Part shown: positions 55,388-64,000 of the stretch, in pieces | Numbering within the stretch: position 1 is the first letter of the stretch | Layout: the number at the start of each line of letters is the position of its first letter | Notes under the pieces: model-generated | What the model was told of the DNA's origin: nothing | Seen by the model: the letters and a program-made list of their open reading frames with translations, nothing else | The model's database searches: none | Program-made: the position numbers and the translations under genes | Source of the DNA: a virus | Virus record (IMG/VR): IMGVR_UViG_3300050821_004356 | Location: 47,568 to 111,567 of that record | Reading direction: 5' to 3' (one strand) | Length of the DNA: 64,000 bases

Positions 55388-56004
55388 AAATAGTTGCTTT
55401 TTTCATAAGACACGGCGATACAGATTGGAACGACGACGAAGACGATAAGTTTCGCGGCGACGAAGATATCCCAATAAACGAAAAAGGTCGCGCGCAAGCA
55501 GAAGAGCTTCCTCGTTACTTCGCTGCACGGGAGTTTAGTAAAGCATTTCACAGTGGTATGCAACGTACCGCGCAAACACTAGCACCTTTGATGGAAGCAA
55601 AAGGCATGAAGTCGATTTCAGTTCCAAAGATGAATAGCTTGAATACTGGAGACTTCACAGGTCTGCCAAAGACCGAGAAGAACAAAAAGAAACTAGAGTG
55701 GTACCGTGAGAACCCAGAGGTCAAGATTCCTGGTGGTGAGAGCGTGCAGCACTTCCGAGATCGCATTGATCCTAAAATAGAGATGGCCATCCGAGTCGGT
55801 GAAGAAGCTGGTAAGCCGTCTATCTCTTGTGTCCACGGTTCGGTTATGAGAGAAATTTCCCGTTTGTTTCATAACGGCGATTACAACGCAGTTAAAGTTG
55901 AACCTGGCGGTATTGTGGGGATTTTTAAATCGCCGAACGGCTACCAAGCAAAATCTCTCGTGAAAGATAACCCAGCAGACGAAGATATTAAGGCAGGGAG
56001 TTAA
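55384..56004 (+). CDS. histidine phosphatase (PGM family)
   Basis: RHG.T.WN, R..QT, PGGES, HG. Confidence 0.9.
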   Translation: MKIVAFFIRHGDTDWNDDEDDKFRGDEDIPINEKGRAQAEELPRYFAAREFSKAFHSGMQRTAQTLAPLMEAKGMKSISVPKMNSLNTGDFTGLPKTEKNKKKLEWYRENPEVKIPGGESVQHFRDRIDPKIEMAIRVGEEAGKPSISCVHGSVMREISRLFHNGDYNAVKVEPGGIVGIFKSPNGYQAKSLVKDNPADEDIKAGS

Positions 56005-56005
56005 G

Positions 56006-56269
56006 ATGGCAACCAACTCAGTAGAAAACATTTTGGCAGGAGCAAAGAAGACATTAGAAAACGCCAATAAGTTTACAGAAAGTGTAGAAGGCAATCCGAC
56101 GTCTCGTTTCGGACCTAAGAAGCCAACGGCTCCTAAAATCCCGCAAGCGCACCAAGATACCCCGTACAGCATGGCTCGACAGGCAAGAGCAGACGCGGCC
56201 GAAACAGGTCAGGCTATAAAAACCAAATCCGATAACGTGAAAGAATACACAGACGCAGCAAAGCAATAG
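56006..56269 (+). CDS. hypothetical protein
   Basis: GGGAG RBS. Confidence 0.55.
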   Translation: MATNSVENILAGAKKTLENANKFTESVEGNPTSRFGPKKPTAPKIPQAHQDTPYSMARQARADAAETGQAIKTKSDNVKEYTDAAKQ

Positions 56270-56311
56270 TAGTTCGCCGCAACGCCCCTAATACAGGGCA
56301 AGGATAATGTA

Positions 56312-58627
56312 ATGGCTCTTACTCAGGAAGAAGCACGAGAAAGAAATAGGAAGCGTCAAGAAAATTTCAGAGAGCGGAAGAAGTTGGCTGAGCAACGTTC
56401 AGCTGGTTTCGTCAAACCCGAAGTATCCGTAGATGCCGAGAAAGTTCTAGACGACCACGGTAAGAATTTGGAGTGGGCTCAAGAGCTAGATGCCACGGGT
56501 AAGCGTTATAAGAGTGAGTGCCGTACGTTAGTCGACCTACTGGCGATCTACGAAGGCGCGGATATCCTCGACAAAGAATCAGATGACGATGAAGAAGAGG
56601 ATAAGAAGAAAGGCAAAAAGAAAGAGAAGAGCAACCGCCCAGCACCTTTTCGTCAGCCTGTTAAGATTAGAGCAGTCCGATTCGAAGACGACAGCCTAGG
56701 TCAGGACCTTAAGGTTCAAGTTAATATCGATCCGAGCCAACTAGAGTACAAGACACTTAAAGGCGACGTAATAAATCTCAAGACGATGTTCGAAGTAAAT
56801 GAGATCGTATCATTCCGCCGATGGCTTGATCTTCGCGACAAAGGCCGTAAGGATTTATTCTGGCAAGGTCGTTTGTTGGGATGCAGCTTTTTCCACAATA
56901 CCCACCAGATGGTCTGCGATATGTTTGTCAAAAAGCAGTTTGACGGTTTGTATTTTGACGAGTATACCAAAGACGATATGCACGATATGATCGGCGTGCA
57001 GAAAAGATTTGCAAATGACGGCGTTACGCCTACCCGTACGATGTTGTTGTTCGCCCCTAGGTCCGGATACAAGTCGACCATAGATGGTGTAGACGCGGTG
57101 CAGTGGATGTTGAATTGTCCGGATATCCGCATCATGATCATGACGTCGGTTAAGAATTTGGCGAAGATGTTCATGATGGAAATCAAGTCTTACTTCTATT
57201 TGCCGAGGAAGGGGACTCCGACAGCTTTTCAGATTCTTTATCCTGAATATATCATCACAGGCATAGCAGGTAAATCCAAAGAACCGTTCCAGTGTCCAGC
57301 GCGAATGTTTCTTTCGAAAGAACCACATGTGTGGATTTCGTCATTGGATGCGTCGTCTGTTGGTTCTCGCTGCGATATTAGGAAGCTAGACGATATCGTA
57401 GAAGATAAAAACTCGGCTGAAGAAGAGTTGCGAGAAAACCTGAAAGAAAAAGTGAAGGCCACCAATAACCTAACCGAGCCTTGGGGCTTCACAGATGTCA
57501 TCGGAACCCGTTACTTCACCAAGGACTGGTACGGCGGTAGAATGTCCAAGGATGAGAATAATAACGAACCTGAGCCATATGCGTATTTGAGCATCTCGGC
57601 CTGGACGCCTAAGCCCGAGTATAAGCGCGCGTATGAACAGCTATTAAAAACTCCCGATGGTATGTTCCTAGTTACGGAACAAATGGTCGATTTGTGGTTT
57701 CCGTCTAAGCTGAGCTTCAGTAGACTTCGTTCTCTATTGAAGGAAAACAAAGAGCGCGGTTTCAAGAACCAGCAACTTAATATTGCGACCGATCCCAAAG
57801 AGCTAGATGTATTCGTCAACAACTTCGATCTAGAGAGTATGCGCGCGAGTACATGCCAGCTTAATGCCGCTCCGAAAGAAATGGAAGTCATTCAAACGTG
57901 GGACATTGCGTACAGCGAAAACCGCACATCTGACTTTTCCGTCGGCGCGACAATAGGAATTTTTAAAGATACACACAACCAACTCGGTGCCATTGTTTTA
58001 GACATGGTTTACGATAAGTGGAAATCTTCGGAACTAGCATCCCAGATGCTCGCGTTTTACGACAAGCACAAAGCGGTAGTCACTAAGATTTATATCGAAG
58101 AGGCAAACGGTGTAGGGTTTTTGATGGGTAACATTAAGAACCTAGCAAAGATTAGGGGCTCAGCTTTTGAGCACTTTACGCGTCTTCGCCCGGTAGACGT
58201 TAAACCGAACGCGAAGCAGAATCGCATTAAGGACCTAGAGTTCTTACACGCGAACGGCCGCTTGAAATTTGTATCCGGTGCTTGGATCGACGAACTCTAT
58301 AAACAGTTCATTGACTACAACGGTAAGAAAAGCAATAACTACCGCAAAGACGATATACCAGACGCGATATCGCTTGGTGTAATTTCGCATCTACCACCGA
58401 CAGCACTCCAATATGATCCGGACCCAAAAGAAGTTGAGAAGGAGCACGAGGAGCGGCAAGCAAGAGAGGTTCGTGACGGTTGGTATAATCGCATGCACGG
58501 CGGTCCTTCTCCTACAAAGCCAAAACCTGTGGAGACAGTAGAACCCGAATCGCTGTCGCCCCGAAACAGGGCATACGAGCAGTTATTAAAAATACTACCG
58601 CCAGGAATGAGGCGTAGAAGAAATTAA
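56312..58627 (+). CDS. terL: terminase large subunit
   Basis: PRSGYKST Walker A, LDD Walker B, GTRY, WDIA...DFS and DD.PDA nuclease motifs. Confidence 0.9.
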   Translation: MALTQEEARERNRKRQENFRERKKLAEQRSAGFVKPEVSVDAEKVLDDHGKNLEWAQELDATGKRYKSECRTLVDLLAIYEGADILDKESDDDEEEDKKKGKKKEKSNRPAPFRQPVKIRAVRFEDDSLGQDLKVQVNIDPSQLEYKTLKGDVINLKTMFEVNEIVSFRRWLDLRDKGRKDLFWQGRLLGCSFFHNTHQMVCDMFVKKQFDGLYFDEYTKDDMHDMIGVQKRFANDGVTPTRTMLLFAPRSGYKSTIDGVDAVQWMLNCPDIRIMIMTSVKNLAKMFMMEIKSYFYLPRKGTPTAFQILYPEYIITGIAGKSKEPFQCPARMFLSKEPHVWISSLDASSVGSRCDIRKLDDIVEDKNSAEEELRENLKEKVKATNNLTEPWGFTDVIGTRYFTKDWYGGRMSKDENNNEPEPYAYLSISAWTPKPEYKRAYEQLLKTPDGMFLVTEQMVDLWFPSKLSFSRLRSLLKENKERGFKNQQLNIATDPKELDVFVNNFDLESMRASTCQLNAAPKEMEVIQTWDIAYSENRTSDFSVGATIGIFKDTHNQLGAIVLDMVYDKWKSSELASQMLAFYDKHKAVVTKIYIEEANGVGFLMGNIKNLAKIRGSAFEHFTRLRPVDVKPNAKQNRIKDLEFLHANGRLKFVSGAWIDELYKQFIDYNGKKSNNYRKDDIPDAISLGVISHLPPTALQYDPDPKEVEKEHEERQAREVRDGWYNRMHGGPSPTKPKPVETVEPESLSPRNRAYEQLLKILPPGMRRRRN

Positions 58628-58636
58628 GGGAATTAG

Positions 58637-60751
58637 ATGCCCGACCAGGATCAACGAATAGCTCAGAAACTTCACGACCTCTACATCGACGCTGCGCCTG
58701 AGATTAACAAAGAAAATACCTTTGTTGATGAAGTCACTGATACGATTCAGTTCAACGATGCAGCGGCCGTCAAGCTAGTCATCGATGACTGTGAAGCGGC
58801 TGATACATACATAAACATCCAGCAGTGGTCAAACGGCTGGACGATGGCTGACCTTCTTTATCAATCGCCTGCTACTCAATCGGCGTTTGATGGTGGGAAC
58901 ATCGGCAACGCATCGGTACCTAAGTACATGGTGTCGAACCACATTTCATCTATCGTTCCCAAAGTGATGGGAGGGCTGTTTTACGAAAAGCCGCCTTTTG
59001 CTCTTCGCCCGCAACCCGCTGTAACTCAAGATGTGATAAGAGCCAAGACCGCTGTCTTCTCTACGCAACTCGACATGATGAAGTTCGAGGAAGAAGTAGA
59101 GCGCACGATTGAGCAAGCCGCCTTGTTAGGCACCGGTATCATGAAGTATGGCTTCGTTGAATTCGAAAAGAAGATGATTCGCTATAAACGTAAGGGCGAG
59201 CGTCTACAGATCGAACAACCAGACGGTACTGTTAAGTTAGAAGACACTCCGGAATCGGACGACTACACGTCAGAGCCGTATACTAAAAGAGTTTGCCATC
59301 CGTGGATCAAGTGGTGCGATATTCGCACAGTACTTGTTAATCCGGGCTGCCGTGTTGGTGATATTCGTCGCGCTGGTTGGGTTGTGTACCGCGACTACGC
59401 TACGTACAGTGATTTAGCTAAGTTACGAGACGTAGAAGGCTACAATATTCCTGAAGAGGCAGTGCTACGGGAAATTTTTGACTCGAATCCGTCTTCAGGC
59501 CCAGACAATATCACGATGACGTTGCCCGAAGGCATGATGGGCTACATCCAACATGCTTTGCCGCGTAGTTATAAGACGTCGGTTGACCCGGGTAAAGCAC
59601 CCATCGAAGTTTTGGAACACTGGGACGACGAGAAGGTTATTGTTGTTCTATCCTTCAACGGTCACAACATTTTAATTCGCAACGAGAATAATCCGTACGG
59701 GCACATCCCGTTCTATTCGTTCAACTGGCGCAATATTCCTGACTGCTTCTACGGTCAAGGTCTTGGCTTGTTGATTGGTAGCGAACAGATCGTTGAGCAA
59801 GGCGTAACTAATCTTGCGCTCGACTTACTCAACTACGGTCTGCAGCCAACCGCTGTTCGTAAGAAGGGTTTCAACACACTCACTCAAGACGTCAGATGGC
59901 GTCAAGGTGGAATTATCGACGTGGAAGAAGACGTCGATAAGGCATTCAAGTTCCTTGAAATGCCCCCTGTCCCAGGTGAAGCGTGGCAATTTATATCGCA
60001 GGCCCAAAGTGCGGGCGCATCAACATCCGGTGCTAACGAACAAGTTATTCAAGGTGCGGGTGCTTCTGGCGTAAAAACTACAGGCATGCGCTCGGGTACC
60101 GGAGCGGCGGCAGTTATTCAGGCTAACGCCAGTAGACTTGACGGCCCAACTGGAAGATTTGTTCGACAGGTTTTCGAGCCGTGGTTATTCCAAATGGACG
60201 AACTCGATAATTTATTGCTGCCGACTAGCGTACTTCGCGATATATTAGGCGATGAACTAGGCCAACCGGCTCTTGTCGACCACATGGATTATCGAGAAGC
60301 AAAGATTAAGTACGAGGTATTGGCGGGAGCAAAACTTGGTGCCAAGAAAGAAATGGCTCAAGCGTTGCCTATCATTATTCAACTTTTGAATAATCCAACG
60401 TTCGTAGCGAATGCAAACGACGCAGGTTATCAGTTTGATGCGCCAGCAATCTTTAAGGCGTTCACAGACGCAGCCGGATGGAAGTTCAGTCAGAATTTCT
60501 TACGCAAGATGACACCGGACGAACAACAGAGACATCAGGCTAATTCGCCAGCCGCACTGCAGCAAGCGCAAGCAGCAAGTGCTCAAAAAATGGCAGCCGC
60601 TAAGTTCGCGCAAGAACAGCAAATAGAAAACCAGAAACAGCTTGGCAAAGCTGGTAACGAAGCTTTCCGTACGGCAATCAATAAGGCGACAACGCCCGAA
60701 CTAGAAGGTCAAGATACGACCACAGGCTTTGGTTCGACCACTGCTTTGTAG
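58637..60751 (+). CDS. portal protein
   Basis: Position after terL, size (704 aa), GTGI.K, NPYG..PF, FYGQG. Confidence 0.88.
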   Translation: MPDQDQRIAQKLHDLYIDAAPEINKENTFVDEVTDTIQFNDAAAVKLVIDDCEAADTYINIQQWSNGWTMADLLYQSPATQSAFDGGNIGNASVPKYMVSNHISSIVPKVMGGLFYEKPPFALRPQPAVTQDVIRAKTAVFSTQLDMMKFEEEVERTIEQAALLGTGIMKYGFVEFEKKMIRYKRKGERLQIEQPDGTVKLEDTPESDDYTSEPYTKRVCHPWIKWCDIRTVLVNPGCRVGDIRRAGWVVYRDYATYSDLAKLRDVEGYNIPEEAVLREIFDSNPSSGPDNITMTLPEGMMGYIQHALPRSYKTSVDPGKAPIEVLEHWDDEKVIVVLSFNGHNILIRNENNPYGHIPFYSFNWRNIPDCFYGQGLGLLIGSEQIVEQGVTNLALDLLNYGLQPTAVRKKGFNTLTQDVRWRQGGIIDVEEDVDKAFKFLEMPPVPGEAWQFISQAQSAGASTSGANEQVIQGAGASGVKTTGMRSGTGAAAVIQANASRLDGPTGRFVRQVFEPWLFQMDELDNLLLPTSVLRDILGDELGQPALVDHMDYREAKIKYEVLAGAKLGAKKEMAQALPIIIQLLNNPTFVANANDAGYQFDAPAIFKAFTDAAGWKFSQNFLRKMTPDEQQRHQANSPAALQQAQAASAQKMAAAKFAQEQQIENQKQLGKAGNEAFRTAINKATTPELEGQDTTTGFGSTTAL

Positions 60752-60772
60752 TTAAAATAAAGGAATAAAACA

Positions 60773-61198
60773 ATGGCTATAAAAGAAAAACAGGCAATAC
60801 TATCGCCGAACCTGTCACAAGCAAAGAAAGCATCATTGTTGCAAGTTATTCTTTCTCCTGGTTGGAAAGTGGTCGAAGAGATCGCCAACGAAGCTTGTCT
60901 ACGCTATACGCAGGACATCATCCGCCTAGACCCAGAATCAGAAGACTACGACCGAGTGTCTCAAACTAGAACATTACGTGCTCGCAATGCGACGGAGTAT
61001 AGCGATTTATTATTACACTCAATTGTTGAACATGCTAATTCGGTTCGCAAAGTAGAAGCAGTAGAGACTGAAGAAGCGGTATCGCGGGTAGGTGACATGT
61101 TTGGCATTCATCCAGCGAAGCCAGGGGCACCAGCAGATGCGATTAAAAACGTGTTCGGCATCCACCCAGCACGACCAAAGAAAGTAGCAGTAAAGTAA
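60773..61198 (+). CDS. head-module hypothetical protein
   Basis: SPGW..V motif after the portal; duplicated FGIHPA. Confidence 0.6.
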   Translation: MAIKEKQAILSPNLSQAKKASLLQVILSPGWKVVEEIANEACLRYTQDIIRLDPESEDYDRVSQTRTLRARNATEYSDLLLHSIVEHANSVRKVEAVETEEAVSRVGDMFGIHPAKPGAPADAIKNVFGIHPARPKKVAVK

Positions 61199-61247
61199 TC
61201 CCTTCGGGGAAAGCAGTATAATCAAATTTTGTAAAAGGATTAATAAC

Positions 61248-62609
61248 ATGGCAAGACTTACCGCAAGTGACATCAACCAAGCGTGGTTGGAGTCAGCAAC
61301 ATTAGAAGATTTGAAAACAGCGATGCGCAGTGGTGGCGACGTCCTAAACGCCGTCAACACATTGCTCGTGTCTCCTGAAGGCAAAAAGATCGCCTCGGAG
61401 ATGTTGAACGATCCGGACTATGTTCCTAAATCACGTCGTCAACCCGACCCCGAAGAGGCCGCTCAGATTGCGGAAGACGAAGCGCGCGCCGCAGCCCAGG
61501 CAACAGAAGACGCGGCAGCTGCTTTACAGCCTGTCCCAGACGGTACTGTGCCACCTGAAACGACGATGACAGTAGTAAACGAAGTTAACGCCGCTAGAGC
61601 CATCGAAGATGAAGCGGCCAAAAAGTATGGCTTGACTATTGTTCGGAACGCCAAAGGCGACATCGAAAAAGTTATTCATGAGTATCAAGGAACCGACGAA
61701 GACGGTCGTCCTATCGGGCGTCCGACTCACTTCGAAAGCACAAGTCTGATCGAGGCCATTGGTAAAGTTCAAAACGCGCACGTCAACGCGGCTCGTTACG
61801 CAGACCGTGTGAAAAATAACAGATATAAACAATCAGCAGCTGCTATGAATTCTGCTGAAAAGAGCGCAGCTGCTCAAACAGCTTTGGCGGAAAGTGACCG
61901 CTTGGCTGAAGAAGCCGCAAACGAAAAAGACCCAGTTAAAATGAAAGAAGCCGTGAAGAAGTCGGTCGCCGCCCAGCGTGACGCAGAGCAAGCCGACGTC
62001 GCTACCCGCGAACACGGTAGAATCGTCGCCCAATCTTGGATGGACGATCACAAAGAAGATTTCTTGCCTTGTTTAGCCTCTTCGAACATCATGCGTGAGT
62101 ACATGGTAGCAAATGTGCTGACTATGACGTATGACAATCTCGAAAAGGCGTTCCAGGCAGTTAAAACTCAGTTGCCAAAGGTTGAAAGGCAATCAGCAAC
62201 TGAATCAGTATCTGTCGTACCGGCGGTTAATCCCCCGGCAACGACATCCGCAACTCCAGTAACGACCCCGGTGGCAATACCACCAGCCGCTGCTGTAGCA
62301 ACGGAAGAGAAACCTACAGTACAGCCGAAGGCGGAAGAAACTCCGACGCCGACGGCCGAGGCCCCAGCCTCTACGTCTGCCGCCGCGCCCAATGCGCAAT
62401 CAGCGGCCCGTAAGCCGGGAGTCAATGGTGGTTTGCAGCCAGGATCGATGAGCGCACAACGACCCGTGGTGCTACAAGCAACACCAGCAGAGACTCGTTC
62501 GAAACTTATGCGGGACATTGGAAAAATGTCCCCGGCGGAATTCCGCAAAAAGCTACGTGACGATAATTACGTCAAGCAGCTTGACGCAGCCGGAATCAAG
62601 TATAGGTAA
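61248..62609 (+). CDS. capsid scaffolding-like protein
   Basis: Helical and low-complexity, directly before the capsid gene, MSPAEF.KK C-terminus. Confidence 0.7.
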   Translation: MARLTASDINQAWLESATLEDLKTAMRSGGDVLNAVNTLLVSPEGKKIASEMLNDPDYVPKSRRQPDPEEAAQIAEDEARAAAQATEDAAAALQPVPDGTVPPETTMTVVNEVNAARAIEDEAAKKYGLTIVRNAKGDIEKVIHEYQGTDEDGRPIGRPTHFESTSLIEAIGKVQNAHVNAARYADRVKNNRYKQSAAAMNSAEKSAAAQTALAESDRLAEEAANEKDPVKMKEAVKKSVAAQRDAEQADVATREHGRIVAQSWMDDHKEDFLPCLASSNIMREYMVANVLTMTYDNLEKAFQAVKTQLPKVERQSATESVSVVPAVNPPATTSATPVTTPVAIPPAAAVATEEKPTVQPKAEETPTPTAEAPASTSAAAPNAQSAARKPGVNGGLQPGSMSAQRPVVLQATPAETRSKLMRDIGKMSPAEFRKKLRDDNYVKQLDAAGIKYR

Positions 62610-62659
62610 GGAACAAACACGACTAACAAGTCGTAGATTACGGAGTGTTAGGTAACCAC

Positions 62660-63587
62660 ATGAGTGGACCGACACCATCAGCGTCGAACGTATCGAACGT
62701 TCTGACCGCGCAGGCAATTCTATTCGATAAAGAACTCATCCCGAACTTGAAGGGTGAGACCGATGCATTCGTGACCGTGGCTGAACGCCGCGTGCAGGGA
62801 TTGCATATGGGCGTCAACCGTCAGTTCTTCCAGTACAACACCTTGACTGGTGATACTGCTCAGAACGCAGACGGAAACGTCGGAGCACCAGAAGTGGTTT
62901 CACAGATTACCGCGCCAGCAACCGTGGGGGAGTGGAATAATTATACTAATTTTTCTGCTTTCGCAATCGCCGCGTCAATCGACGAACTAGTTGGCAACAG
63001 CGCAGTCGAACTCGGCTACCAAGCCGGTCAGTCGATCAGCGAGTTGTACAGCGCCGTTGCGGACAGTGCAAGCACTGTTGACAGCAACGTAAACCAGAAC
63101 GGGTTGCTCGCAACTCCTTTCACGCTCGATCTAGCGACCGTTCGTGAAATGAAGCAGCAGCTAGTTTCCGCCGACGTACTTCCTTGCAAAAAGGGCATGT
63201 ATTACGGCGTTGTGTCTCCTAACGTGTTGGGCGATATTTACAACGCAACGACTGTGAATAACTCCATCATTGACAACTGGAAGCACACGGAAAGTGGCCA
63301 GAGAAAGTTTGACGAAATGGCCGGATCGGATCAGACGAAAGAAATCGTGCTCCCGGGTACGAACATTCTTTTCCGTCAGACCCCGTTCGTGACCAAGACT
63401 GCTAACTACTCCGGTTCCAAGACCGCATACAGGACGTATATCTTCGGAAACTATTCGATGATCGGCGTTTGGTTGCAGGTTCCTGGCGACACTGACCTAG
63501 ATGAAGGCGATTGGAGAACCATTGACTGCCGCGTTGTAACTGACGCGCCTCCGTCATCGTTCGACCCCACAGCCACCATCGGTGGAT
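62660..63587 (+). CDS. major capsid protein, exon 1
   Basis: Position after the scaffold; HK97/N4-gp56-like pattern; frame continues after intron removal. Confidence 0.85.
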
Positions 63588-63798
63588 TTTTTAGCCTAGC
63601 GGCATAGTCCACATTAAATTCTCTCTGATCGACTCGAACGCTGAAATGCCAACGAGGCGGAACTCGAAAGAGACCGTGAACGACTAAGCGAGAGAACACC
63701 TGTTTTGGGTGATGCAATAGTCTGAACATACGGGAATTGTAACCGTATGAGTTGAGCAGAAATGACTCGACACACTTGTTTGAGTGTTAACAAAATTG
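63588..63798 (+). mobile_element. group I intron 1 (211 nt, no ORF)
   Basis: P1 GTGGAT/GTCCAC with U-G at the 5' splice site, P7 GACTA/TAGTC, terminal G; splicing gives GGA T|GG GCC (G-W-A). Confidence 0.88.
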
Positions 63799-63884
63799 GG
63801 GCCAGCTATAGGTTTCATCAAACTGTCACGTTGCCCCCGGCAACTGGCACCAACACCCAGCGTTTGCGCTGGATTGATAGCGTT
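63799..63884 (+). CDS. major capsid protein, exon 2 (3' boundary approximate)
   Basis: WASYRFHQTVTLPPATGTNTQRLRWIDSV in frame after splicing. Confidence 0.75.
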
Positions 63885-64000
63885 CAACATGGACTCCTAG
63901 CGGCGTAATCTGCTAGTAGATAATTTGCTCTGATTGACTTGGAAGCTGAAATGCTAACAAGGCGGAAGCCGAAAGGCACCGTGAACGACTAAGCGAGCGA
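63885..64000 (+). mobile_element. group I intron 2 (runs past the window end)
   Basis: Core nearly duplicates intron 1 (CTCTGAT.GACT.GAA.GCTGAAATGC.AAC.AGGCGGAA...CCGTGAACGACTAAGCGAG). Confidence 0.8.

Noticed and set aside
56312-56850. Intein or fused small terminase in the terL N-terminal extension
   Set aside because: No intein motifs; the charged extension has no recognisable TerS signature, so a fusion cannot be supported
62645-63890. 320-aa ORF as the complete capsid protein, and ORFs 63451-63729 and 63684-63890
   Set aside because: The ORF stop lies inside intron 1, and the minus-strand ORFs overlap intron and exon sequence
1-64000. Host or taxon assignment and lifestyle
   Set aside because: No integrase or host marker in the window; Leu at the PolA 762-equivalent is only a weak correlate of lifestyle

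Overview
A 64-kb piece of a large tailed-phage (Caudoviricetes) genome using standard code 11. It has two divergent arms separated by a ~1.7-kb repeat-rich non-coding region (31.9-33.6 kb). The minus-strand arm (1-31.9 kb) encodes a GDP-fucose/glycosyltransferase module, DHH/MazG/HD/kinase nucleotide enzymes, a PD-(D/E)XK nuclease, a UvrD helicase, a RecT-like annealing protein, a family-A DNA polymerase split into two ORFs around a homing-type endonuclease, a primase-helicase, several HNH/LAGLIDADG nucleases, and small genes behind a repeated promoter motif. The plus-strand arm (33.6-64 kb) holds a dense RNA cluster: 34 tRNA genes covering all 20 amino acids, an RNase P RNA, a circularly permuted tRNA-like (YrlA-type) RNA and about 15 orphan structured RNA candidates. 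It continues with DUF3494 ice-binding, collagen-like and repeat proteins, three endonuclease genes behind a covarying anti-Shine-Dalgarno pseudoknot, terminase, portal, scaffold, and a major capsid gene interrupted by two compact group I introns. All calls come from reading motifs and base pairs by eye; no searches were run.
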